Positions 1 through 9,471 of a stretch of DNA of 60,531 nucleotides are shown here, piece by piece. Source of the stretch: Hydrogenobaculum sp. (GTDB taxonomy: Bacteria; Aquificota; Aquificia; Aquificales; Aquificaceae). The position numbers and the translations under genes are program-made. Where the stretch lies: the NCBI GenBank assembly GCA_023269915.1, contig JAGDWZ010000066.1, positions 2,435-62,965 of the forward strand. Reading direction: 5' to 3'. Numbering within the stretch: the first letter of the stretch is position 1; each line of letters opens with the position of its first letter. Below the pieces are notes generated by a model. That model was not told the DNA's origin. It ran no database searches and saw only the letters and a program-made list of their open reading frames with translations.

Positions 1-515
1 CCAGTATACAAAGGTTTTTCTTTTGAGGCTTTTATTATTGGAACCAAAAATTGCGGTATCACAACAAACAACCACAATGTTATTGGTACATCCATTATAA
101 ACGGAGTTTCAGACCATTCAACAGATTGAGGTCCTATCCACCTACTTAGCTCGGGCCCGCCAAGCATTGTACCACCAAAGAATAACAACGATATTACAGT
201 GCCTATACCCGCTACTTGAAGAGCAGCCCATAACAACCATCCATAAGCTCTATTCCATACCGGATGTCCCGTCATACGTGGTACTGCCCAATATAGAGCA
301 CCTGTTATGCAGTTAGCTAAAAATCCGTACGCTGCAACGTTTGTATGGTTAAATCTTAATCTCACAGGTGACATATAAGGGTCTACTATGTGAATATTTA
401 GAAATGTCAAAGAATATGTGAGACCAAATATCATCACAAGCAACAAATCTATAAGACCCATAAGCATATGAGCCTTCACCAAATCTGTATAAACAAGCTC
501 CTGTTGCTGCTTCAT
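1..515 (-). CDS. ccoN: cbb3-type cytochrome c oxidase subunit I, N-terminal part (runs off the window start)
   Basis: Not in the ORF track. Manual translation from ATG at 515 (SD AAGGAGG upstream) gives MKQQQELVYTDLVKAHMLMG...RLRFNHTNVAAYGF...LYWAVPRMTG, matching the CcoN RLRxxHTN heme-ligand region; hydrophobic. Confidence 0.85.
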   Translation of the reverse strand, partial: MKQQQELVYTDLVKAHMLMGLIDLLLVMIFGLTYSLTFLNIHIVDPYMSPVRLRFNHTNVAAYGFLANCITGALYWAVPRMTGHPVWNRAYGWLLWAALQVAGIGTVISLLFFGGTMLGGPELSRWIGPQSVEWSETPFIMDVPITLWLFVVIPQFLVPIIKASKEKPLYT

Positions 516-526
516 CTTTATCCTCC

Positions 527-1417
527 TTACTTTTGGGTTTTACCCATTAAAAATAGCACATAAGAAACAAGATTCCATCTATCGTTGCTAGACAACGACG
601 AAAATGATGGCATACCACCTGTAGTACCAGCCAACACACCCATAGTTATAGTTTTATATATCTCATTCACATCATATACACCAGGCAATATACCAAGAGT
701 TAGGTTTGCTGGTCTTTCAAGCGGTCTTTCTACACACTTGTTACCATCCCATTTTTGACATTCCGCAGAAGGATCATGTATAGAAAGAGCAGCTGGACCA
801 TCGCCTTGACCATTGATACCATGACATGCTGCACAGTTTTGCTCAAACAACACCTTGCCTTTTGCTATAGAGTCTGGGGTGCCCAAAAACGGAGGAGGTT
901 TCAGCGCTTCCCAATTTTCTGGAGGAGGTTGAGACTCTGCTTTTAGTTTACTCCAATCGGGACAAAATGTCTTGATATACTCTATTACGTCCATCAGTTC
1001 CTGGTCGCTATAATGTGGAAATGCTGGCATTGCCGTAGAAGGAACACCGTTTTTAAGAACTCTTAGAAGATCTGCATCAGTAGGAAGCGACGTACCTGGA
1101 GTACTCTTGAATTTGTAAAGACAAGTAGTGAAGTCCCTTGGCTTTACACGAAAGAATTGAGCAGCTGGACCATCACCCTTACCGTTAAGCCCGTGACAGC
1201 CACTACATCTTTGGTCATAAATTTGCTTTCCTATCCTTATCATCTCAGCCCTACTATTAACTGGATAGCTTTCTACCCTAGCTTGAGATGACTTAGGATT
1301 AATATACATTACAAAAGCTGCGAAGCCTAAAGATATAGCAGCTGCCGCCGCTAACCCAAACCATTTGCCTGACTTTTTGTCAGGACTTTCACGATTCTTA
1401 GATCGCTCTTTGTCCAT
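527..1417 (-). CDS. Membrane-anchored diheme cytochrome c (cbb3 oxidase-associated, CcoP-like)
   Basis: N-terminal TM helix; two CxxCH motifs (CSGCH, CAACH) with distal MPAF/MPSF; directly upstream of ccoN. Confidence 0.85.
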   Translation of the reverse strand: MDKERSKNRESPDKKSGKWFGLAAAAAISLGFAAFVMYINPKSSQARVESYPVNSRAEMIRIGKQIYDQRCSGCHGLNGKGDGPAAQFFRVKPRDFTTCLYKFKSTPGTSLPTDADLLRVLKNGVPSTAMPAFPHYSDQELMDVIEYIKTFCPDWSKLKAESQPPPENWEALKPPPFLGTPDSIAKGKVLFEQNCAACHGINGQGDGPAALSIHDPSAECQKWDGNKCVERPLERPANLTLGILPGVYDVNEIYKTITMGVLAGTTGGMPSFSSLSSNDRWNLVSYVLFLMGKTQK

Positions 1418-1550
1418 TCCTATCCTCCTTTAGGATAAAACCTATCTGAGAGTTTATTGTAATATCACTATTATTTCATTTCAATGACTTAATATCATTA
1501 TAATAGTGTAAGTCAATAATTACATAATCAATTTTCCTATGCAAATATGA

Positions 1551-2783
1551 TTAGATATTTATTAACTTATAAATACTTCGTATTTTATCAACTATAGAAG
1601 GCGAGCTTATATTATTCAATACTTCTATTGGAACTTGTTTTTTAATATTGTTATTTAAAACTACTTCTAAATATCCGATTTTTTTATAAGCTTTTATGGG
1701 AAGTTTAATATGTTTATCAACAGATATCGAAAACCTAATTTTAAGTCCAGGATATCCTGTTATGATCAAAGTTTTCGCAGCAATCAATTTTGCTTGCTTG
1801 TTATCTATCCTTAGAAAACCTATTTCTTCACCCTTTTTAACAACATCCTCTTTAAAAAATTCACTAAAAAGTTGCTTCACTATGTATTTAGCGTCCTTTA
1901 ACGCATTCATAAGAGGACTTCTGCCATTAACTCCAAGCAAAACTCCAAGTATATGGATATTATGTTTTACTGCGTAAAATATGAAATTACCTAAAGCCCT
2001 AGAAGATGTACCAGTTTTTATACCCTGTATTCCATCTGCACCTAAATCATAATTTACATTGTAAACAATTCCCTCTTTTGGAATAAATGTTTGAGGCATA
2101 GCTACAATATGCCTGAAGGTTTTTATTTTCATCACCTTCTTGGCCAACGTAAATTGATCTAAAGCATTGCTTATATTTCCAGGTTTTGCTCCTGCCGGAC
2201 CCACGTAATGAGTGCTTTTCAGATTTAGAGAATAAGCTGTTTTATTCATTTCCTTCACAAAAGTTTTTGTACTGCCGCTATCCCATCTAGCTATTATATA
2301 GGCAAAATTATTTGCAGAAGGAATCAGCATTCCTTCCACAAGCTTTCTCTCGCTTAAACTTTCACCATTAAATACCTTAGCTACAGACTGTCCTTCCCTT
2401 TTAAATCTTTTGTACTCTGCTACATCCTCACGTGTAATTCGTACTTTTGGACCATTTTCTCCTTCTTTTAACGGATGAGATTTTAATACGATATAAGCAG
2501 TCATTATTTTTGTTAAACTAGCCAAAGGCCATTCTTTACTAGCGTTACGCTTGATTAATATTCCGTCGCTAACTGTGCCTATAGCGTATATTTTATCATT
2601 TTTAGGGATTTCTAAATTTAATTTACCAGGTATGTTTATATTTTTTATTGTTAGAACAATTTTAGGTTTATCGCTCGGTTTTAAAAGCCAAAAAACAGCC
2701 AAAAATAATACTATCAACACTACTATAAATGCCAATCTTATTTTAAATTTTTTTAACTTTACACTATTATCTATACTCTTCAT
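1551..2783 (-). CDS. D-alanyl-D-alanine carboxypeptidase (peptidase S11)
   Basis: SxxK (ASLTK), SxN (SAN) and KTG motifs; N-terminal anchor. Confidence 0.9.
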   Translation of the reverse strand: MKSIDNSVKLKKFKIRLAFIVVLIVLFLAVFWLLKPSDKPKIVLTIKNINIPGKLNLEIPKNDKIYAIGTVSDGILIKRNASKEWPLASLTKIMTAYIVLKSHPLKEGENGPKVRITREDVAEYKRFKREGQSVAKVFNGESLSERKLVEGMLIPSANNFAYIIARWDSGSTKTFVKEMNKTAYSLNLKSTHYVGPAGAKPGNISNALDQFTLAKKVMKIKTFRHIVAMPQTFIPKEGIVYNVNYDLGADGIQGIKTGTSSRALGNFIFYAVKHNIHILGVLLGVNGRSPLMNALKDAKYIVKQLFSEFFKEDVVKKGEEIGFLRIDNKQAKLIAAKTLIITGYPGLKIRFSISVDKHIKLPIKAYKKIGYLEVVLNNNIKKQVPIEVLNNISSPSIVDKIRSIYKLINI

Positions 2784-3868
2784 AATGGTGATTCTAAGCT
2801 TTTATTGATATTGTAACGGTAGCTATTTCCAAAAAAGTAATATACTATCGCATCGTACATTGCTTTTGCAAATTTCCATTGATAACGTGAGTTTGTCAGT
2901 TTCCTTACATCTTCTTTATTTGTTAAAAATCCAGTTTCCACAAGCACAGATGGTATCCCAGGCGTTCTTAACACCACAAAATTTCTTCTATGAATATTGT
3001 GAAGTGTTACATGTCTATCCAGCTCCTTATTCAAGAAAAATGCCAAATCTTTTGCAAATATATAACTTTGATTCTTTGTTATGTTTAGAGCCATCTTAGC
3101 CAGTATCTTTCTAGCAGATACGCTATTTACATCCAATGCATTTCCAAATACAGCTCTATCAAAACTTACGTTTTTAACAAGCTCGTTGTATTTTCTATTT
3201 ATACCAGCCGAAGATAAATAGTATATATTTGTTCCATGTGGCCATTCTATATGGTCTGGAGCTATATTACAGTGTATGCTTATAAACAAATCTGCCCTAT
3301 TTTTTATGGCTATCATCGCTCTTTCTTGAAGAGGTACAAAGACATCTTTATCCCTTGTCATAATCACTTTGAATCTAGGGTCATGTCTCAAAAAGTAATC
3401 AAGTTTTTTACCTATAGCCAAAACTACATTTTTTTCTTCCACACCGTAAAGCCCTATACCACCAGGATCCTTTCCACCGTGCCCTGGGTCTATTACTACT
3501 ACCTTTTTACCGGATGGTCTATTGTACAAAAATGCAGGAATATAGGAAACTTTTACTTGGTTTTTGACATGCGTTTTAAAATGCTGTTTAATTTGTGGTT
3601 TATATATATCTATTACAAGCCTTTCTGGATTATATAGTTTAAAATAATATACTTTAGAAGGTATAAATGGTAGCTTATAAAAAACTTTTAGTTTTGAGAT
3701 TTTAATTATAAGAAGTTTTCCAAGATTTTTAACATTAAACCTATTTACATTTCTTACATCAAATACGTATCTTATTTTATTTGGATAATAACCTTTTCTT
3801 ATGTCTAAAATCGATGCCCTTGATATGCCAACAGCCAAAAGCAAAACTACAAAAAGTACTCTTCTCAT
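2780..3868 (-). CDS. N-acetylmuramoyl-L-alanine amidase (Amidase_3)
   Basis: IDPGHGGKDPG, EK, SIHCN and LVETGF motifs; signal peptide from ATG 3868 (the track starts at 3889). Confidence 0.92.
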   Translation of the reverse strand: MRRVLFVVLLLAVGISRASILDIRKGYYPNKIRYVFDVRNVNRFNVKNLGKLLIIKISKLKVFYKLPFIPSKVYYFKLYNPERLVIDIYKPQIKQHFKTHVKNQVKVSYIPAFLYNRPSGKKVVVIDPGHGGKDPGGIGLYGVEEKNVVLAIGKKLDYFLRHDPRFKVIMTRDKDVFVPLQERAMIAIKNRADLFISIHCNIAPDHIEWPHGTNIYYLSSAGINRKYNELVKNVSFDRAVFGNALDVNSVSARKILAKMALNITKNQSYIFAKDLAFFLNKELDRHVTLHNIHRRNFVVLRTPGIPSVLVETGFLTNKEDVRKLTNSRYQWKFAKAMYDAIVYYFFGNSYRYNINKSLESPL

Positions 3869-3947
3869 TTTATAAATTTTAAAATACAAGTATAAATTTA
3901 AGATAAAGGCTTTATGTAAAAGCTATGATTTCGTAAAATATTCAAAA

Positions 3948-4021
3948 CGTCTCCGGGCGGAGTCGAACCGCCGGCCTCGAGATTAGGAATCTCGCGCTCT
4001 ATCCTACTGAGCTACGGAGAC
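3948..4021 (-). tRNA. tRNA-Arg (anticodon CCT)
   Basis: Minus strand GTCTCCGTAGCTCAGTAGGATAGAGCGCGAGATTCCTAATCTCGAGGCCGGCGGTTCGACTCCGCCCGGAGACG folds as a cloverleaf with anticodon loop TTCCTAA and T-loop GTTCGA; CCA not encoded. Confidence 0.96.
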
Positions 4022-4133
4022 TCTGATTAAACATTTCAATATTATACATCAATATTTTGTTTTTAATAAAACTTTTTAATATATAATGTTTTAAATCATT
4101 TTTAATAATAAATTTAAATTTATATTTTTTCTT

Positions 4134-4553
4134 ATGAAAAAAGCGTTTGCGATTGGTAAACTTAGAGAGTTAGGATACAAAATTACGCCCCAAAGGGAAT
4201 ATGTACTTGATCTATTTTTAGGATCTAAGGATCATCCCAGTGCTGAATCCCTTTATGGTATGGTAAAAGAAAGATTTCCTTATATATCTTTATCTACAGT
4301 TTACAATACATTAAATACACTTGTAGATATAGGTCTTGCAAAAACTATTTATTTAGAAGACAAGACATATTTTGACCCAAACATAGAACCGCACTCTCAT
4401 TTCATATGTGAGCACTGTGGAAATATTTACGATTTGGAGCCTATTGATATAGATTTAAGTAATATAAAAAATGAACACATGGCTTATAGTACCACATTTG
4501 AAGTGTTTATCTATGGTATTTGCAAAGAATGTATTAAAATCAATGAAAATTAA
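4134..4553 (+). CDS. Fur-family transcriptional regulator (PerR-like)
   Basis: TPQR, HPSAE, SLSTVYNTL, HSHFICEHCG and CKEC motifs. Confidence 0.92.
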   Translation: MKKAFAIGKLRELGYKITPQREYVLDLFLGSKDHPSAESLYGMVKERFPYISLSTVYNTLNTLVDIGLAKTIYLEDKTYFDPNIEPHSHFICEHCGNIYDLEPIDIDLSNIKNEHMAYSTTFEVFIYGICKECIKINEN

Positions 4554-4625
4554 GCCTATTCAAGCGTAAATTGAATATATTATCTATATCATAAGATATT
4601 TTAAAAATATTTTTATATTTAGCAT

Positions 4626-7100
4626 ATGTTAAGTATTGGCAATTTTTTGGGTGGGCTTATAAATCCGGTAGATAGCTTGATAGATCCAAAAACCACGGAC
4701 ACCAATACATCAACCACAGACTTTAAAGATATCCTATACTCCCTCATACAACCGCAAAAACAAACTAAAGACAAAATCCTAACAGATATAGATAAAATAT
4801 TTCAAGATATCTTGGGCTTTTTTCAAAACATATCATATACATTTTCTAACAACAAAAGCCCAAAACTAGACGAAAAGGTAGATTTGACGACATTAAACAA
4901 CAAATCTAAGACATCCATCATAAATATATTGAAAGATATAGAAAACTTGTCAAAAGACATAAATCCAAACTTTGACGGCAAAAGTATAGAAAGCATTATA
5001 CAAGATATAAAAACTCCAAAACCAAACGAAAGCATTATCATTTCTATATCAATACAAGAAGAAATATCAATAGGCAAAGATTCAAAGTTTTTAGACAACA
5101 TATTATCAAACTTAGACCAGTATATTTTTTCTAAAAAAGAGATTTCAGCGCATATAGCTTCTTTTTCCTTCGAGATAATATCGCAAACAAGCAATACTTC
5201 TAAGCCACTTTTTTCTTTAAAAGCCCAAAAACTACCAAACGATACATTGAAAGATCTGTCTCAACCAAAAATATCGATGAATATAGACATTCCAAAAGAC
5301 GAAGAAGAAGTTAAAATTCCCCTAAGCGAAGATTCCAAACAAAACATAGACCCATCCACTAAAGCAATCAACGATAATACCAAACAAGCTACCACTTTAA
5401 TAAATTTAAAAGACAATAAAGATACCAACAAAGGAACCTATATACCCAAAGAAACACAAAAAACGTTCCTAAAAGACGCTTCGGCTCAAGCATCAACACA
5501 AGCAAACTTAAAAAGTGTAAACTTAGACGATGAAACCACATCTTATAAATCTTATAAAGATCCTGAACCTATCAATACAGATATTCATCAAACTACTTCA
5601 GATAAGATATCTGAATATTATGCACTTACCAAAGGACAACAAATACATATCGAAACTTCAAATAAAGATAACGAAACTAGCCATAAAATAACCTACTTAT
5701 CAAAAGATATTGAGTTAAACATAGAATTTCCAGGTCAAAATCAACAACAAAAAGATATAAAAGACAAAAATTCTAAAGATATCACAACAAACACAAGATA
5801 CATTAGCATATACAACAAAGAAGATGAATACAATACAATATCAGATATCACAAAAGGCGATACATCAAAAACTAACTCAGATAAAAATCAAGGCTCAATA
5901 GCTACAAAAAATTTAAACCTTGACGACACAGAATATACAAAAGATATAAACAACAACAGAGAATACATACAAAAAAATAATTCAACAATAGAGGCTCCTC
6001 AAAACACCTTAAAATCAAACAAAATAAACCAAGATATTAAGTCTTTTGAAACAAAAGACAACAACATACAAAATAAAATCATTGATGATGAGACTGTTTC
6101 TACCGATAAAAGCTCGCAAAATATAACTGTTAATAATACTAAAAATAATGAAAATCAAAAAGTATCGCAAAATCCTGGTGATGCTTCTTTGCAGTATCGT
6201 GTTAACGATGCTAAAAATAATGAAAATCAAAAAGAAGAGTTGGCTCAACAAACTAACATAACAGAAAACGCCCCAATCTCAAAAAATCCACTTCAATCTG
6301 ATAACTCAAACAATATATTAGAAACCCCAACACTACAAGATAAACCAAGGGAAAACTCAACTAAATACACCGATAATATAAAAGAAGATGTAAGCACTAT
6401 GACAAAAAATATCATCAAAGACACAAATTTAGATACAACACAGTATCAAGAAAATCATATAAAAAATCAAGAGCAAGACATAAAACAATACATTGAAAAA
6501 AACATAAATGCCATAAACCTAGAAAATAAAGATATTATGCCAAAGACAAGCTTGAACAACATACACGACTTTGCAAACCCTATAAAAGATATGATAAAAG
6601 ATGTCGCTAGTTTACAAGCTTTTAACACAAATACAAGCGATAAACAAAAAGATAACAAGGATAACAATCAAGGGTTTAATATGAACTATCAGCAAAACAT
6701 GCAAAATACACAGCCAAATACCACCAATACCATCAATACGGACAAAGTGTTTAAAGAGATAGAAAAAACTGTATTAAAAGAGGCAAAAAACCCTGTTTTG
6801 ATGAAAAACGTATCTATAAATTTAGACGACGGGACTACGCTTCAAATAAAGTTTAATGCCAACAATCTGTCCATAGCGATAAATACAGATACGGAACTAG
6901 TCTATAAAGATTATCAAATAAAGGATCTAGTGAAAAATCTACAAAGCTTAGGCTTTAGCATAGAAAACATCACAATCAACGGAGCTACCATAGAATCTCA
7001 GATGGGATTTTCGGAAAACAAAGACCAAAAGAAAGACGAAAAGGAGCAAAAAGAAAACTATCAGACAGACCAGAGCTTTGAACTTGTAAATGCGGTTTGA
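4626..7100 (+). CDS. Long low-complexity N/K/D/T-rich protein, possibly flagellar hook-length control protein (FliK-like)
   Basis: 824 aa, apparently mostly disordered, with a compact C-terminal segment (VSINLDDGTTLQIKF...LVKNLQSLGFSIENITI) and charged tail resembling FliK_C. Confidence 0.5.
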   Translation: MLSIGNFLGGLINPVDSLIDPKTTDTNTSTTDFKDILYSLIQPQKQTKDKILTDIDKIFQDILGFFQNISYTFSNNKSPKLDEKVDLTTLNNKSKTSIINILKDIENLSKDINPNFDGKSIESIIQDIKTPKPNESIIISISIQEEISIGKDSKFLDNILSNLDQYIFSKKEISAHIASFSFEIISQTSNTSKPLFSLKAQKLPNDTLKDLSQPKISMNIDIPKDEEEVKIPLSEDSKQNIDPSTKAINDNTKQATTLINLKDNKDTNKGTYIPKETQKTFLKDASAQASTQANLKSVNLDDETTSYKSYKDPEPINTDIHQTTSDKISEYYALTKGQQIHIETSNKDNETSHKITYLSKDIELNIEFPGQNQQQKDIKDKNSKDITTNTRYISIYNKEDEYNTISDITKGDTSKTNSDKNQGSIATKNLNLDDTEYTKDINNNREYIQKNNSTIEAPQNTLKSNKINQDIKSFETKDNNIQNKIIDDETVSTDKSSQNITVNNTKNNENQKVSQNPGDASLQYRVNDAKNNENQKEELAQQTNITENAPISKNPLQSDNSNNILETPTLQDKPRENSTKYTDNIKEDVSTMTKNIIKDTNLDTTQYQENHIKNQEQDIKQYIEKNINAINLENKDIMPKTSLNNIHDFANPIKDMIKDVASLQAFNTNTSDKQKDNKDNNQGFNMNYQQNMQNTQPNTTNTINTDKVFKEIEKTVLKEAKNPVLMKNVSINLDDGTTLQIKFNANNLSIAINTDTELVYKDYQIKDLVKNLQSLGFSIENITINGATIESQMGFSENKDQKKDEKEQKENYQTDQSFELVNAV
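6139..6234 (+). repeat. Intragenic direct repeat, 24 bp x2 (72 bp period)
   Basis: CTAAAAATAATGAAAATCAAAAAG at 6139-6162 and 6211-6234, encoding KNNENQK twice. Confidence 0.9.
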
Positions 7101-7755
7101 GTTAAAAGAGTGCATAGTCTTAGAAAGATTAAATAGATTTGTAGCAAAAGTCCTAATAGATAACAAAGAAACCCTTGTACATATAAGAAACACTGGAAGA
7201 TTGCCAGAGCTTCTACAAACAGGGGCAAAAGGTCTTCTTGAGAAAAAAGAAGGTGGTAAATACCAATGGCATCTAAAAGCCGTAAACAAAAACGGGTACT
7301 GGGTTTATATAGATTCTCTTTTAGCTCCTAAGTTGTTTTTGGATTTTGCTAAAAAAGAAGGGTTGTTTGACATTAAAAGCCTAAAACTAGAACCAAAATA
7401 TGGAGACTCTCATAAATTTGACATACTAATAAATAACCATATTGTTATAGAAACAAAATCTGTAAACTTGGTAAAAGAAGGTATAGCTATGTTTCCAGAC
7501 GCCCCTTCGGAAAGAGGGACTAAACATGTAGAGCTTTTAAAAAATATTTATAAAACAAAAGAGTATAAACCTATGATAGTGTTTGTGGTACAAAGACCAG
7601 ATGCAAAGGTTTTTAAACCAAACGAAGAAACGGACAAAGCTTTCTCAAAAGCTCTAAAAGAGGCAAAAGATATGGGCATAGATATACTTTGTTTTGATTG
7701 TTATACATCAGAAAATGAAATTTTTATAAAAGGTCAAATACCAAAGGCTTTTTGA
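7090..7755 (+). CDS. sfsA: DNA/RNA nuclease SfsA
   Basis: RLNRF, HIRNTGRL, ETKSVNL and FPDAPSERGTKH motifs. Confidence 0.92.
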   Translation: MRFELKECIVLERLNRFVAKVLIDNKETLVHIRNTGRLPELLQTGAKGLLEKKEGGKYQWHLKAVNKNGYWVYIDSLLAPKLFLDFAKKEGLFDIKSLKLEPKYGDSHKFDILINNHIVIETKSVNLVKEGIAMFPDAPSERGTKHVELLKNIYKTKEYKPMIVFVVQRPDAKVFKPNEETDKAFSKALKEAKDMGIDILCFDCYTSENEIFIKGQIPKAF

Positions 7756-7769
7756 TTTATAATATTTGT

Positions 7770-8942
7770 ATGCTTGCTGATAGAGTTAAAACAATTAAAC
7801 CTTCTCCAACTTTGGCAGTCAGTGCAAAAGCCAACGAGCTTAAAGCAAAAGGTATAGATATAATAAGCTTCGGCGCCGGAGAACCAGATATAGATACGCC
7901 GATATTTGTAAAAGAAGCTTGTATAAAAGCTTTGGAAGATGGTAAAACCAAATATACGCCTTCTTCTGGTATCCCAGCTTTAAGAGAGGCTATAGCCAAC
8001 AAGCTTAATAAAGAAAACAACATAGATTATAGCCCTTCTGAGATAGTAGTATCCACTGGTGCCAAGATGATTCTTTTCCTTATATTTATGTCTATTTTAA
8101 ACGAAGGTGATGAAGTAATTGTCCCATCTCCTTATTGGGTAAGCTACCCCGAACAAATAAGGCTTTTTGGCGGAGTCCCTGTATTTGCAGAGTTAAAAGA
8201 AGAAAACAACTTCGAGCTTACCTTAGACATACTAAAAAAATACGTAAGCCCTAAAACAAAGGCTATTATCATAAACTCTCCTTCAAACCCAACTGGTGCT
8301 GTCATATCAAAAGAAGACCTTGAGAAAATTGTTGAATTTTGTATAGAAAAGAATATATTTATAATATCAGATGAGTGTTATGAACACTTTGTCTACGACG
8401 ATGCTTTTATGGTAAGCCCAGCATCTTTTAGTAAAGATGCAAGAAAGATTACTTTTACTGTAAACGCATTTTCCAAGACATTTTCTATGACAGGATGGAG
8501 AGTAGGCTATGTGGCATGCCCTATAGAGTATGCAAAAATAATAGCAGACTTGAATAGCCAAAGTGTATCAAACGTCACAAGCTTTGCTCAGTGGGGGGCT
8601 TTAGAGGCTTTGCAAAACGAAAAATCAAAGGATTTTATAGAAAATATGAAAAATACTTTTGCAAAAAGGAGAAAACATCTTATAGATATACTCAATAAAT
8701 ATCAAATACCTTATTCAAAACCAAAAGGCGCTTTTTACATGTTTATAGATTTAACAAAGTATAAAAACCATTTTAAAGACGATATACAGATGAGCTCTTT
8801 TATACTAGAAAAAGGAAGGGTTGCTTTGGTACCAGGCTCTTCTTTTGGTAAAGAGTTTTGGGCAAGGCTTTCTTACTGTGTATCAGAAGACACTTTAACA
8901 GAAGGTGTAAAAAGAATTTACGAGGCTTTGAGTAGTTTATGA
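7770..8942 (+). CDS. aspC: Aspartate aminotransferase (PLP class I/II)
   Basis: GEPD, NSPSNPTG, SDECY and FSKTFSMTGWRVG motifs; ATG 7770 preferred as start. Confidence 0.9.
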   Translation: MLADRVKTIKPSPTLAVSAKANELKAKGIDIISFGAGEPDIDTPIFVKEACIKALEDGKTKYTPSSGIPALREAIANKLNKENNIDYSPSEIVVSTGAKMILFLIFMSILNEGDEVIVPSPYWVSYPEQIRLFGGVPVFAELKEENNFELTLDILKKYVSPKTKAIIINSPSNPTGAVISKEDLEKIVEFCIEKNIFIISDECYEHFVYDDAFMVSPASFSKDARKITFTVNAFSKTFSMTGWRVGYVACPIEYAKIIADLNSQSVSNVTSFAQWGALEALQNEKSKDFIENMKNTFAKRRKHLIDILNKYQIPYSKPKGAFYMFIDLTKYKNHFKDDIQMSSFILEKGRVALVPGSSFGKEFWARLSYCVSEDTLTEGVKRIYEALSSL

Positions 8943-9466
8943 AAAAGCTCATTTTGATTTTTGGCTTTATATTTGGTATTGGGCTTTTAACAACTTCTTG
9001 TTCTAAGAAAAGCGGTGTAAACGATTATTTGAAAGAAAGTTCTTCTAAAAATATACCTATAGTAAATTTAGAGCCTACAAAAGATTATGAAATGCTTATA
9101 ATAGAAAGTAGCGACTGTCCTTACTGCCATAAGCTACAACACGATATAACCACAAATAAAGATCTCATTGAAGCTCTTAAGAATGTTGAAGTAGCCCCAG
9201 TATTAGCGGATGATACGTCAAAACTCTACAAAATAGTTATAAACAATCATAAACTCATAGGAACTGGACAAGATTTAGCAGCAGACCTTGGAGTAAACGC
9301 CTATCCCAACATATTTTTCTTAAACAAAGAAGGTAAAGTCATTCTAAACGTGCCAGGCTATGTAAAACCAAAGACCATGGTTTGTGTTGTAAACTTTATT
9401 ACTACCAAAAGCTATAAAAAAGAAGATATAAACTCATACATAAAAGCCAACAACTGCTTATCTTAA
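8939..9466 (+). CDS. Thioredoxin-fold lipoprotein (SoxW-like)
   Basis: Lipobox LTTSC, CPYC active site, YP motif, PGY. Confidence 0.8.
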   Translation: MKKLILIFGFIFGIGLLTTSCSKKSGVNDYLKESSSKNIPIVNLEPTKDYEMLIIESSDCPYCHKLQHDITTNKDLIEALKNVEVAPVLADDTSKLYKIVINNHKLIGTGQDLAADLGVNAYPNIFFLNKEGKVILNVPGYVKPKTMVCVVNFITTKSYKKEDINSYIKANNCLS

Positions 9467-9471
9467 AATAT

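Noticed and set aside
3948-4021. tRNA as an integration site for an island
   Set aside because: No integrase and no duplicated tRNA 3' end seen; flanks are housekeeping genes.
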